Assembly: GCF_034638445.1 (NCBI RefSeq)
Contig: NC_132969.1
Span: 319,423 to 383,422 of the forward strand
Direction of reading: 5' to 3'
DNA: 64,000 nucleotides
Source: Ciconia boyciana
Taxonomy: Eukaryota
In this document: in pieces, positions 50,301 to 61,966 of the stretch
Layout of the letters: each line of letters begins with the position of its first letter
Position numbering within the stretch: the first letter of the stretch is position 1
Program-made: the position numbers and the translations under genes
Notes under the pieces: model-generated
Database searches by the model: none
The model's input: the letters and a program-made list of their open reading frames with translations, nothing else
What the model was told of the DNA's origin: nothing

Positions 50301-52800
50301 CACGGCCACCCCATGGCCAACCCACGGCTGACCCACAGCCACAGCGTGCCCCACACTGCACCCCATTGCGGCATGCGCTGTGCCCCATTTTACCCCCCGC
50401 TGTGCCCCATTGCACCCCACACCCTACCCATTATCCCACCCTCTGCCCCATAGCCTGCCCCACAGCCCACCCCATAGCCCCATAGCACCCCACGCCACAC
50501 CCCATTGCACCCCAGCACCCGCCCCATTGCACCCCGCACCTTGCCCCACAGCCCCCCACCCTCTGCCCCATTGTGTCATGCACTGCGCCCCATTGCACCC
50601 CCATTACCCCCACACTCTGCCCCACAGCCCGCCCCACAGCCTGCCCCAGAGCCCCATAGCACCACACCCCATTGCAGCCCAGCGCCCGCCCACAGCCCCC
50701 CACCCTCTGCCTGATAGCATCCCCTGCCCCATAGCTCCGCCCCATAGCCTGCCCCATAGCACCACACGCCATTGCTCCCCACCCTCTACCCCATAGCCCC
50801 CCCATTACCCCCCTTCTGCCCCACAGCCTGCTGCACATCCCGCCCCACATCCTGCCCCATGGCAACCCTCTCCCTGACCCATTACACCCCCACCCTGTGC
50901 TCCACTTCCCCATTCCCCCCACCCTCTGCCCCATAGCCCGCCGCCCCATTCCCCCTTCCGCCCCACATCCCACCCCACACCCTGCCCCACATCCCGCCCC
51001 ATAGCACCCCTCTCCCTACCCCATTCCCCCACCCTGCACCCCATTCCCCCATTCCCCTCATATCCCCCCCATTCGCCCCCTTCCGCCCACATCCCCCACG
51101 TCCCACCCCACACCCCGTCCCACGCCCACCCCACATCCCACCCCACATCCCGCCCCATAGCACCCCCTCCCTACCCCATTCCCCGCCCACCCTGCACCCC
51201 ATTCCTCCCCATATCCCCCCCATTCCCCCCTTCCACCCCACATCCCCCCCACGTCCCACCCCACACCCTGCCCCACAGCACCCCCTCCCTACCCCATTCC
51301 CCCCCACCCTGCACCCCATTCCCCCCCATATCCCCCCATTCCCCTCTTCCGCCCCACATCCCCCCCACATCCCACCCCACACCCCCCATGCCCCACCCCA
51401 CATCCCACCCCACATCCCGCCCCATAGCACCCTCCCTACCCCATTCCCCCCCCACCCTGCACCCCTTTCCCCCCATATCCCCCCCCATTCCCCCCTTCCA
51501 CCCCACATCCCCCCACGTCCCACCCCACACCCTGCCCCACACCCCACCCCACATCCCACCCCACATCCCGCCCCATAGCACCTCCCTCCCTACCCCATTC
51601 CCCACCCACCCTGCACCCCATTCCCCCCTTCCCCCCATATCCCCCCATTCCCCCTTCCGCCCCACATCCCCCCACATCCCGCCCCACACCCTGCCCCACA
51701 TCCCGCCCCATAGCACCCCCTCCCTACCCCATTCTCTGCCCACCCTGCACCCCATTCCCCCTTCCCCCCCATATCCCCCCCATTCCCCCCCACATCCCCC
51801 CCCACGTCCCGCCCCACACCCTGCCCCACACCCTGCCCCACATCCCGCCCCATAGCACCCCCTCCCTACCCCATTCCCCGCCCACCCTGCACCCCATTCC
51901 CCCCTTCCCCCCATATCCCCCCCATTCCCCCCACATCCCCCCCCCACGTCCCGCCCCACACCCTGCCCCACACCCTGCCCCACATCCCGCCCCATAGCAC
52001 CCCCCTCCCTACCCCATTCCCCGCCCACCCTGCACCCCATTCCCCCCTTCCCCCCATATCCCCCCCATTCCCCCCCACATCCCCCCCACGTCCTGCCCCA
52101 CACCCTGCCCCACACCCTGCCCCACATCCCGCCCCATAGCACCCCCTCCCTACCCCATTCCCCGCCCACCCTGCACCCCATTCCCCCTTCCCCCCATATC
52201 CCCCCCATCTCCCCTCACATCCCCCCCACGTCCCGCCCCACACCCTGCCCCACATCCCGCCCCATAGCACCCCCTCTCCCTACCCCATTCCCCCCACCCT
52301 GCACCCCATTCCCTTCCTCCCCCCATATCCCCTCCTTCCGCCCCACATCCCTCCCCACGTCCCGCCCCACACCCTGCCCCACACCCTGCCCCACATCCCG
52401 CCCCATAGCACCCCTCCCTACCCCATTCCCGCCCACCCTGCACCCCATTCCCCCTTCCCCCATATCCCCCATTCCCCTCACATCCCCCCCCACGTCCCGC
52501 CCCACACCCTGCCCCACATCCCGCCCCATAGCACCCCTCCCTACCCCATTCCCCCCACCCTGCACCCCATTCCCCCCTTCCCCTCATATCCCCTTCCGCC
52601 CCCACATCCCTCCCCACGTCCCGCCCCACACCCTGCCCCACACCCTGCCCCACATCCCGCCCCATAGCACCCCCCCCTCCCTACCCCATTCCCCGCCCAC
52701 CCTGCACCTCATTCCCCTTCCCCTCATATCCCCCATTCCCCTCACATCCCCCCTCACGTCCCGCCCCACACCCTGCTCCCACACCCTGCCCCACATCCTC
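50300..52800. repeat. C-rich higher-order repeat of about 140 bp (ccccacatcccgccccatagcaccccctccctaccccattccccgcccaccctgcaccccattcccc...), PRRT2 intron
   Basis: catagcaccc recurs at about 140-bp intervals from 51400 to 52700. The array ends at the PRRT2 GTGAGG donor (52802). Confidence 0.85.
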
Positions 52801-52802
52801 AC

Positions 52803-53566
52803 CATCAGGGCGTAGACGAAGGCCACGATGTTGATGGGCCAGACGGGGCAGAAGCAGGCCAGCGCCGCCAGCAGGACGTAGCTCGGTGGCTTCGCCCCCC
52901 CTGGGGACCCCCCCGGGGGTGACCCCTCCCCTCAGTGCCCCCCCCGCCCCCCCATTTTCTTGGGGACCCCCCTCCACTGGCACCGTCACCGGGGGGGGCT
53001 GGGGGGCGGTTGGGGGCTGGGGGGGTGGGGTGGGGGCTGGGGGTCCTGGGGGCTGCTGGGGGCTGGGGGGGGCTTGGGGGCACTTGGGGGCTGGGGGGCT
53101 TGGGGGGCTGGGGGTCCTGGGGAGGTTGGGGGCTGGGGGGTGGGGTGGGGGGGGGGGTCCTGGGGGCGGGTGGGGCTGGGGGGGTTGGGGGGTCTTGGGG
53201 GCAGAGGGGGGTCTTTAGGGTCGGGGAGGGGCTGGGGCTTCCTGGGGCAGTTGGGGGCTGGGGGGTTGGGGTCCTGGGGGTGGTTGGGGGCTGGGGGGCG
53301 GTGGGGGATCTCTGGGGCCCTGGGGTCCTGGGGGCTGCTGGGGGCTGGGGGGCTGGGGGTCTTGGGGGGCAGAGGGGGTCCCCAAGATTCTGGGGCTCCT
53401 GGGGGGCTGGGGGCTGGGGGGCTGGGGGAGGGTCCTCGGGGTGGCGGGGGTGGGGGTGGGGCTGGGGGCTCGGGGGGTTGGGGGTGGGGAGGGGCTTTTG
53501 GGGTGCCGGGGGTCCCGGGGGAGTCGCCGGGGGTTCGGTCTCGGCCGTCCTGGGGGTCTCCGCCAT
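52803..53566 (-). CDS. PRRT2: PRRT2 large 5-prime coding exon (Pro-rich N-terminus and first transmembrane helix), with frame disruptions
   Basis: Minus-strand Kozak ccaccATGg with ATG at 53566-53564. It is preceded by acceptor cccctcccccAG (exon starts at about 53593). The exon ends with ...[32 protein letters not shown] followed by a GTGAGG donor (plus-strand cctcac at 52797-52802). Compare human ...[30 protein letters not shown]. The ATG frame reads [36 protein letters not shown].... The transmembrane helix is in a different frame. The exon is 764 nt, not a multiple of 3, so at least two frame changes occur in G/C homopolymer tracts around 52880-52990. Confidence 0.6.
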
Positions 53567-53727
53567 GGTGGGGAGGGGAGAGGGGGTTCAGGGCTGGGGG
53601 AGGGGCGTGGGGTGAGGGGGGGGGGGAAGCCAGGGGTCTGGCCCCCCCCTCCCCCAAGAGAGGTTCCCATCCCCCACCTGCAGCCCCCGGGGGAGGGGCG
53701 GGGGAGGTGGGGAGGGGGGGTCTTTAC

Positions 53728-54000
53728 CTGAAGCGGCGTCGTGGGCGGTTCCCGCGTGGGGCCGTGACGGGTGGGGGAGGGCGGCGTGGGGGAGGGGGAG
53801 GGTCGGGGGTGGGGGTGGGGGAGGGTCGGGATGGAGGGGCTGGAGAGAGGGGCCGGAGGGCCGGAGGGCGGCTGGGGGAGGGGCGAGGGGGGAGGAGGGC
53901 TGCGGCGGGGAGGGGCGGGGGAGGGGGAGGGGCGAGGGGGTGGGCGGGGAGGGGGAGCCCCTCCCCCTCCCCCCATTCTGGGAAGCGGTTGAGCAGAGCC
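53728..54000 (-). promoter_or_regulatory. PRRT2: PRRT2 5-prime non-coding exon end and CpG-rich promoter
   Basis: A minus-strand donor ...cgccgcttcAG/GTAAAG (plus-strand ctttac at 53722-53727) lies about 135 nt upstream of the coding-exon acceptor. This is the same layout as human PRRT2 (non-coding exon 1, ATG in exon 2). The GC-rich, G-run-dense sequence continues upstream. The TSS was not determined. Confidence 0.45.
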
Positions 54001-56340
54001 GGGAGGTGGGGGAGGGGTTAATGGGGGAGGGGAAGGGGGAGGGGAGGACTTGTCCACAGCCCCTCCCCACCCCCGTGCAGGGCCCCTCGCCCGCCCGGAT
54101 CGGGCCCGGCTCCAACCCTGACCTCATCCCCGGGCAAGTGGCCAGGGCCAATGGTTGCCCGGAGCTCTGGGTGGCCCCCCCCGGGGTTTGGGTGCCCCCC
54201 CCCCCAAAAGGGGCAGGGTGGGGGAGGGGCCCCCCAACCCCCAACCGTCTGGACCCCGTGACCCCAACCCCCCGGGGATGCGGCTTCACCGTCGACTCGT
54301 GGAGACGTCGGCCAATCGGGGGTGGGGGAGGGGTTAATGGGGTGGGGAGGGGCAGGGCGGGGAGGGGCAGGGTGGGGAGGGGCCACCCAACCACCTGGAC
54401 CCCACGACCCCCAGCCCCACGGAGACGTGGTGACCCCCAACCCCCGGGAGATGTGGCTTCACCCTTGGTTCATGGAGACGTCGGCCAATCGGGGCGGGGG
54501 GAGGGGTTAATGGGGCTGGGGGAGGGGTTAATGGGGTGGGGAGGGGCAGGGTGGGGAGGGGCCTCCCAACCCCCCTTCAGATGGACCCTGTGACCCCAAA
54601 CCCCTGGAGATGTGGTGACCCCCAACCCCCCGGAGATGCGGCTTCACCCTTGGTTCATGGAGACGTCGGCCAATCAGGAGGTGGGGGGAGGGGTTAATGG
54701 GGGCTGGGGGAGGGGTTAATGGGGGAGGGGCCCCCAACCCCCATTCAGATGGACCCCGTGACCCCCAGCCCCACGGAGATGTGGTGACCCCCAACCCCAT
54801 GGAGACGTGGTGACCCCCAACCCCCGGAGATGTGGCTTCACCCTTGGTTCATGGAGACGTCGGCCAATTGGGGGTTGGGGAGGGGTTAATTGGGGCTGGG
54901 GAGGAGTTAATGGGGGTGGGGGAGGGGTTAATGGGGGTGGGGAGGGGCCCCCAACCCCCATTCAGATGGACCCTGTGACCCCCAACCCCCCGGAGATGCG
55001 GCTTCACCCTTGGTTCATGGAGACGTCGGCCAATTGGGGGGCTGGGGGAGGGGTTAATTGGGGCTGGGGAGGGGTTAATGGGGGGTGGGGAGGGGCAGGG
55101 TGGGGAGGGGCTCCCAACCCCCATTCAGATGGACCCCGTGACCCCCAGCCCCATGGAGACGTGGTGACCCCCAACCCCCCGGAGATGCGGCTTCACCCTT
55201 GGTTCATGGAGACGTTGGCCAATCAGGAGGTGGGAGGAGCTGTTAATGGGGGCTGCGGGAGGGGTTAATGGGGGAGGGGCCTCCCAACCACCTGGACCCC
55301 ACAACCCCCAGCCCCATGGAGACGTGACAACCCCGACCCCTGGAGACGTGGTGACCCCCAACCCCCCGGAGATGTGGCTTCACCCTTGGTTCATGGAGAC
55401 GTCGGCCAATCAGGGGGCTGGGGGAGGGGTTAATTTGGGCTGGGGAGGGGTTAATGGGGGTGGGGGAGGGGCAGGGTGGGGAGGGGCTCCACAACCCCCA
55501 TTCAGATGGACCCTGTGACCCCAAACCCTCTGGAGATGCGGCTTCACCCTTGGTTCATGGAGATGTTGGCCAATCAGGGGGCTGGGGGAGGGGTTAAGGG
55601 GGTGGGGAGGGGCAGGGTGGGGGAGGGGCCTCCCAACCCCCATTCAGATGGACCCCGTGACCCCCAGCCCCACGGAGACGTGGTGACCCCCAGCCCCACG
55701 GAGACGTGGTGACCCCCAACCCCCCGGAGATGCGTCTTCACCCTTGGTTCATGCAGACGTCGGCCAATCAGGGGGCTGGGGGAGGGGTTAATTGGGGCTG
55801 GGGGAGGGGTTAATGGGGGAGGGGCCTCCCAACCACCTAGACCCCACAACCCCAGCCCCACGGAGACGTGGTGACCCCCAACCCCATGGAGATGTGGTGA
55901 CCCCCAACCCCCGGAGATGCGTCTTCACCCTTGGTTCATGCAGACGTCGGCCAATCAGGGGCTGGGGGAGGGGGTTAATTGGGGCTGGGGAGGGGTTAAT
56001 GGGGGAGGGGCCTCCCAACCACCTAGACCCCACAACCCCCAGCCCCACGGAGACGTGGTGACCCCCAGCCCCATGGAGACGTGGTGACCCCCAACCCCCC
56101 GGAGATGTGGCTTCACCCTTGGTTCATGGAGACGTCGGCCAATCAGGGGCTGGGGAGGGGTTAATTGGGGGTGGGGAGGGGTTAATGGGGGAGGGGCCCC
56201 CCAACCCCCATTCAGATGGACCCCGTGACCCCCAGCCCCACGGAGACGTGGTGACCCCCAACCCCATGGAGATGTGGTGACCCCCAACCCCCCGGAGATG
56301 CGTCTTCACCCTTGGTTCATGCAGACATCGGCCAATCAAA
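54000..56340. repeat. About 185-bp tandem repeat x about 12 carrying GGCCAATCAG (CCAAT box) and GGTTAATGGGG motifs
   Basis: The unit ...ggagatgcggcttcacccttggttcatggagacgtcggccaatcagg...ggggttaatgggg...cccattcagatggaccccgtgacccccagccccacggagacgtggtgacccccaacccc... recurs at about 54270, 54455, 54640, 54830, 55010, 55190, 55375, 55545, 55735, 55915, 56105 and 56295. It lies between the PRRT2 5-prime end and the FReD 3-prime end. Confidence 0.85.
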
Positions 56341-56347
56341 ACGGGGC

Positions 56348-56353
56348 TTTAAT
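56348..56353 (-). other. ATTAAA polyadenylation-signal variant of the FReD gene
   Basis: Plus-strand tttaat equals minus-strand ATTAAA, about 80 nt downstream of the FReD stop. Confidence 0.35.
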
Positions 56354-56429
56354 CACCAGCGGTGGGGGGGAGGGGGATGGGATGGGGTGGGGGGAGGGGA
56401 GGGGGGGGGGAGGGGCCGCAGGGAGCCCC

Positions 56430-56677
56430 TCAGAGCCTCCGGATCTTCATCTCGCTCTTCTTGAGGGAGTAGTAGAAGCCCTTCCACTGGGCCCAGTTGA
56501 TGCCGTTGGCGTAGGAGAGGTGGGCGCCCCCCAGGTAGAAGCCGTTGAGGTTGGAGAAGTGGCAGCTCTTGAACCACCAGGCGCCGGAGGAGAGGGCGGC
56601 GCAGTTCTGGACGTAAAGGTCCTGGTCCCGGTCGAAGGTGGAGAATTTTTGACCGTTGTGGTAGCTGAGGGAATCGC
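56430..56677 (-). CDS. FReD (ficolin/angiopoietin-like fibrinogen C-terminal domain) gene, terminal coding exon
   Basis: Minus-strand acceptor ctccAG. Translation (G)[81 protein letters not shown] followed by TGA (plus-strand tca at 56430-56432). Compare ficolin [20 protein letters not shown]...[26 protein letters not shown]...[26 protein letters not shown]. Confidence 0.8.
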
Positions 56678-56689
56678 CTGGAGGATGGG

Positions 56690-57800
56690 GGAGGAGGAGA
56701 TGGGGGGCACGCGGGGCTTGCGGTGGCCTGGTGGCCCTCCATCGTGGCCTCCGTTGGCCTGGTGGCCCTCCCCATGGTTCACATTGGCTTGGTGGACCCC
56801 CATCGTGGCCTCCGTTGGCCTGGTGGCCCCTCCCCATGGGTGATGTTGGCCTGGTGGCCCCTCCCAATGCCCCACAGTGACCTGGTGGCCCTCCATCATG
56901 GCCTCTGTTGGCCTGGTGGCCCCTCCCCATGGCCCACGTTGGCCTGGTGGCCCCCCATCGTGGCCTCCGTTGGCCTGGTGGCCCCTCCCCATGGGTGATG
57001 TTGGCCTGGTGGCCCTCCATCATGGCCTCTGTTGGCCTGGTGGCCCCTCCCCATGGTTCACAATGGCCTGGTGGCCCCCCATCATGGCTTCCATTGGCCT
57101 GGTGGCCCCTCCCCATGTTTGATGTTGGCCTGGTGGCCCCTCCCCATGGCCCACAGGGACCTGGTGGCCCTCCATCATGGCCTCCGTTGGCTTGGTCTCC
57201 CCTCCCCATGGTTGATGTTGGCCTGGTGGCCCTCCATCATGGCTTCCGTTGGCCTGGTGGCCCTCCCCATGGCTCACATTGGCTTGGTGGCCCCCCATCG
57301 TGGCCTCCGTTGGCTTGGTGTCCCCTCCCCATGGCCCACATTGGCTTGGTGGCCCCCCATCGTGGCCTCCGTTGGCTTGGTGTCCCCTCCCCATGGCCCA
57401 CGTTGGCCTGGTGGCCCTCCATCATGGCTTCCGTTGGCCTGGTGGCCCCTCCCCATGGTTGATGTTGGCCTGGTGGCCCCCCATCGTGGCCTCCGTTGGC
57501 TTGGTGGCCCCTCCCCATGGCCCATGTTGGCCTGGTGGCCCTCCATCATGGCCTCCGTTGGCCTGGTGGCCCTCCCCATGGTTGAGGTTGGCCTGGTGAC
57601 CCTCCATCATGGCCTCCGTTGGCTTGGTGTCCCCTCCCCATGGCCCACGTTGGCCTGGTGGCCCTCCATCATGGCTTCCGTTGGCCTGGTGGCCCCTCCC
57701 CATGGTTGATGTTGGCCTGGTGGCCCTCCATCATGGCTTCCGTTGGCCTGGTGGCCCCTCCCCATGACCCACGGTGACCTCGTGTCCCCTCCCCATGCCC
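56690..57800. repeat. Minisatellite (ggcctccgttggcctggtggcccctccccatggttcacattggcttggtggccccccatcgtgg), first part of the FReD last intron
   Basis: Direct repetition. The minus-strand translation is GPPGQ-containing but is not a Gly-X-Y collagen repeat. Confidence 0.85.
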
Positions 57801-58500
57801 CTCCTTGACCTGCTGCCCCTCCCCATGGTTCACGTTGACCCATCTCCCTCTCCCCATTGGCCACCTTGACCCACAACCCCCTCCCCATTGGCTACCTTGA
57901 CCTGCTGCCCCTCCCCATTGGCCACCTTGACCCACAACCCCCTCCCCATTGGCTACCTTGACCTACAACCCCTCCCCATTGGCCACCTTGACCTGGTGCC
58001 GCTCCCCATGCCCCACCTTGACCCACAACCCCTCCCCATGCCCCACCTTGACCCACAACCCCTCCCCATTGGCTACTTTGACCCTCTCCCCCTCCCCATT
58101 GGCTACCTTGACCTGCTGCCCCTCCCCATTGGCCACCTTGACCCACAACCCCCTCCCCATTGGCTGCCTTGACCCACAACCCCTCCCCATTGGCTACCTT
58201 GACCTGCTGCCCCTCCCCATTGGCCACCTTGACCCACAACCCCCTTCCCATTGGCTACCTTGACCCACAACCCCCTCCCCATTGGCCACCTTGACCGGTG
58301 CCCCTCCCCATGCCCCACCTTGACCCACAACCCCTCCCCATTGGCTACCTTGACCTGCTGCCCCTCCCCATTGGCTGCCTTGACCCACAACCCCTCCCCA
58401 TTGGCCACCTTGACCCAATAACCCTCCCCACCCCCACCTTGCCCCACCTCCCCTTCCCCACCCCCACCTTCCCCTCCCCACCCTCCCCTCAACCTCCCCC
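57800..58500. repeat. About 31-bp minisatellite (cttgacccacaacccctccccattggctac), each unit with an ATTGG/CCAAT core
   Basis: About 20 iterations; the plus strand is C-rich. Confidence 0.85.
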
Positions 58501-58607
58501 CTCCCCTTCCCCTCACCCCGGCCTGCATTCCCCCCTCCCCTCCCCTCGCCCTCCCCGCCGCGGGGCCGCCGTGGGGCGGCCGTGGGGCGCCCCCCAAGCG
58601 TCCTCAC

Positions 58608-58790
58608 CCGCCCCGCCATCGACGAAGCTCCCCACGTGGAGGGTGTAGCCGTCCTCCTCGGCGCTGACGGCGTGGGGCGAGAGGGCGAAGGAGCCGTAGG
58701 TGGCGGCCGCCGTGTTGTTCTCAAAGTCCTCCAGCTCCACCCGCAGCTCGTAGCGGCCTTGCAGGGTCAGCAGGTGCAGGGCCTGCAGGC
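58608..58790 (-). CDS. FReD gene coding exon (penultimate)
   Basis: Minus-strand acceptor cacccccAG and donor GTGAGG. Translation (G)LQALHLLTLQGRYELRVELEDFENNTAAATYGSFALSPHAVSAEEDGYTLHVGSFVDGGA(G). Compare ficolin [56 protein letters not shown]. The exon is 183 nt with phases consistent with its neighbours. Confidence 0.8.
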
Positions 58791-58799
58791 CTGGGGGTG

Positions 58800-59760
58800 T
58801 GGGGCAGGTGTGGGGCAGGGGTGGGGCAGGGGGTGGGGCGTGGGGCGGGGGGTTTGGGGCAGGGGGTGGGGCGGGGCTGTGGGGCGGGGTGAGGTGGGAT
58901 GGTGGGCATGGTGGGCAGGATGTGGGGCGCTGCGTGGGTGGGATGTGGGGCAGAGGGGAGTGTGTGGGGCGGGGTGTGGGGTGGGGTGTGGGGAGGGGGT
59001 TTGGGGCAGGGGTGGGGCGGGGGTGGGACACGGTGAGGTGGGATGGTGGGCACACGGTGGGCAGGATGTGGGGCAGAGGGGAGTGTGTGGGGCGGAGTGT
59101 GGGGCGGGGTGTGGGGCGGGGTGTGGGGCAGGGTGTGGGGCAGGGGGTTTGGGGCAGGGGGTGGGGCGGGGCTGTGGGGCGGGGTGAGGTGGGATGGTGG
59201 GCACACGGTGGGCAGGATGTGGGGCAGAGGGGAGGGTGTGGGGCGGGGTGTGGGGCAGGAGGTGGGGCAGGGGAGTTTGGGGCAGGGTGTGGGGCGGGGG
59301 TTTGGGGCAGGGGGTGGGGCAGGGGCTGTGGGGCGGGGTGAGGTGGGATGGTGGGCACACGGTGGGCAGGATGTGGGGCGCTGTGTGGGTGGGATGTGGG
59401 GCAGAGGGGAGGGAGTGGGGCTGGGTGTGGGGGGGATGTGGGGTAGGGTGTGGGGCAGGGTGTGGGGCAGGGGGGTTTGGGGCAGGGGGTGGGGCGGGGG
59501 TGTGGGGCAGGGTGAGGTGGGATGTTGGGCATGGTGGGCAGGATGTGGGGCGCTGCGTGGGTGGGATGTGGGGCACAGAGGAGGGAGTGGGGCTGGGTGT
59601 GGGGCAGGGTGTGGGGCAGGTGTGGGGTGGGGTGTGGGGGGTGTGGGGCAGGGTATGGGGCAGGTGTGGGGCAGGTGTGGGGGGGATGTGGGGCAGGGTG
59701 TGGGAGGGATGTGGGGCAGGGTGTGGGGAGATGTGGGGCAGGGTGTGGGGCAGGGTGTGG
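58800..59760. repeat. 11-mer based repeat (gtgtggggcag / gggtggggcgg) with about 120-bp higher-order units, FReD intron
   Basis: Direct repetition. Confidence 0.85.
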
Positions 59761-59799
59761 GGCGGGCCGAGGGGATGAGCTGGACGAAGGGATGGAGAG

Positions 59800-61780
59800 G
59801 AAGCAATGGGGGCTGACGGAGACCCAGGACTGGGGGGGTAACTGGGACATACTGGGGGAAACTGGGGGATACTGGGGGTAACTGTGCCATACTGGGGGAT
59901 ACTGGGGGATACTGGGAGGTACTGGGGGATACTGGGGGATCCTGGGGATACTGGGAGGTACTGGGAGGTGCTGGGAGGTGCTGGGGGGTACCTGTGCCAT
60001 ACTGGGGGTTAACTGGGAGATACTGGGGGATACTGGGAGGTACTGGGGGATCCTGGGGGATCCTGGGAGGTACTGGGGGATACTGGGGGATACTGGGAGG
60101 TACTGGGAGGTACTGGGGGATACTGGGAGATACTGGGAGGTGCTGGGGGGTACCTGTGCCATACTGGGGGGTTAACTGGGAGATACTGGGGGATACTGGG
60201 AGGTACTGGGGGATACTGGGGGGTACCTGTGCCATACTGGGGGGTTAACTGGGAGATACTGGGGGATACTGGGAGATACTGGGGGATCCTGGGGGATCCT
60301 GGGAGGTACTGGGGGATACTGGGAGGTACTGGGAGGTACTGGGGGATACTGGGAGATACTGGGAGGTGCTGGGGGGTACCTGTGCCATACTGGGGGTTAA
60401 CTGGGAGATACTGGGGGATACTGGGAGGTACTGGGGGATACTGGGGGGTACCTGTGCCATACTGGGGGTTAACTGGGAGATACTGGGGGATACTGGGAGG
60501 TACTGGGGGATCCTGGGGGATCCTGGGAGGTACTGGGGGATACTGGGGGATACTGGGAGATACTGGGAGGTGCTGGGGGGTACCTGTGCCATACTGAGGG
60601 GTTAACTGGGAGATACTGGGGGATACTGGGAGGTACTGGGGGATACTGGGGGATCCTGGGAGGTACTGGGAGGTGCTGGGGGGGTACCTGTGCCATACTG
60701 GGGGGTTAACTGGGAGATACTGGGGGATACTGGGAGGTACTGGGGGATACTGGGAGGTACTGGGGCAGGGATGAGCTGGGCAAGGGGATGAAGGGATGGG
60801 AGGTGATGGAGACCCAGGACTGGGGGGTAACTGGGACGTACTGGGGGTTAACTGGGAGATACTGGGGGCTACTGGGGGATCCTGGGGGCTACTGGGAGTT
60901 ACTGGGAGGTACTGGGGGATCCTGGGAGATACTGGGGGATACTGGGAGGTACTGGGAGGTACTGGGGGATACTGGGGGGGTACCTGTGCCATACTGGGGG
61001 TTAACTGGGAGATACGGGGGCTACTGGGAGGTACTGGGGGATCCTGGGGGATACTGGGAGGTACTGGGGGATACTGGGAGGTACTGGGGCAGGGATGAGC
61101 TGGGCAAGGGGATGAAGGGATGGGAGGTGATGGACACCCAGGACTGGGAGGGGGGGTAACTGGGATGTACTGGGGGTTAACTGGGAGATACTGGGGGATA
61201 CTGGGAGGTACTGGGGGATACTGGGGGGTACCTGTGCCATACTGGGGGTTAACTGGGAGGTACTGGGGGATACTGGGAGGTACTGGGGCAGGGATGAGCT
61301 GGGCAAGGGGATGAAGGAATGGGAGGTGATGGAGACCCAGGACTGGGGGGGGTAACTGTGCCGTACTGGGGGTTAACTGGGAGATACTGGGGGATACTGG
61401 GGGCTACTGGGGGCTACTGGGGGATACTGGGAGATACTGGGAGTTACTGGGAGGTACTGGGGGATCCTGGGAGATACTGGGGGATACTGGGAGGTACTGG
61501 GAGGTACTGGGGGATACTGGGGGGTACCTGTGCCATACTGGGGGGTTAACTGGGAGATACTGGGGGCTACTGGGAGGTACTGGGGGATACTGGGGGATAC
61601 TGGGAGGTACTGGGAGATACTGGGAGGTACTGGGGCAGGGATGAGCTGGGCAAGGGGATGAAGGGATGGGAGGTGATGGAGACCCAGGACTGGGGGGGGG
61701 GGGTAACTGTGCCGTACTGGGGGGTTAACTGGGGGCTACTGGGGGCTACTGGGGGCTACTGGGGGCTACTGGGTGGCCCT
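59800..61780. repeat. 12-mer family (gggatactggga / ggtactggggga) with about 250-300-bp higher-order repeat, FReD intron
   Basis: Direct repetition; ORF translations recur (e.g. 59994, 60229, 60366). Confidence 0.85.
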
Positions 61781-61793
61781 CACCGAGCCAGTA

Positions 61794-61890
61794 CTCGCCG
61801 TCGGCGCGCCCGAAGCCGAGCCGGTAATCGTTCCAACCCCGGAAAAAACTGACGGAGCCGTTGAAACGCTTCTGGAAAACCTGAAATTAT
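61794..61890 (-). CDS. FReD gene coding exon
   Basis: Minus-strand acceptor ataatttcAG and donor GTGAGG. Translation [32 protein letters not shown](G); compare ficolin [33 protein letters not shown]. The exon is 97 nt. Confidence 0.8.
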
Positions 61891-61966
61891 GGGGGGGGGG
61901 GGCAGAAGCTGGAATCAGGGGGTCCCCGGCGGGGGAGGGGCGGGGGAGGGGCGGGGGGAGGGGTAC

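Noticed and set aside
56690-57800. Collagen-like (GPPGQ...) stalk for the FReD gene encoded by the minus strand of this array, as expected for a ficolin
   Set aside because: The repeat translates to [16 protein letters not shown]..., not a sustained Gly-X-Y pattern. Its unit length is not 9n, and the same array is translated in all three frames. The preceding conserved exon (58608-58790) lies upstream of it with proper splice sites. The array is therefore intronic.
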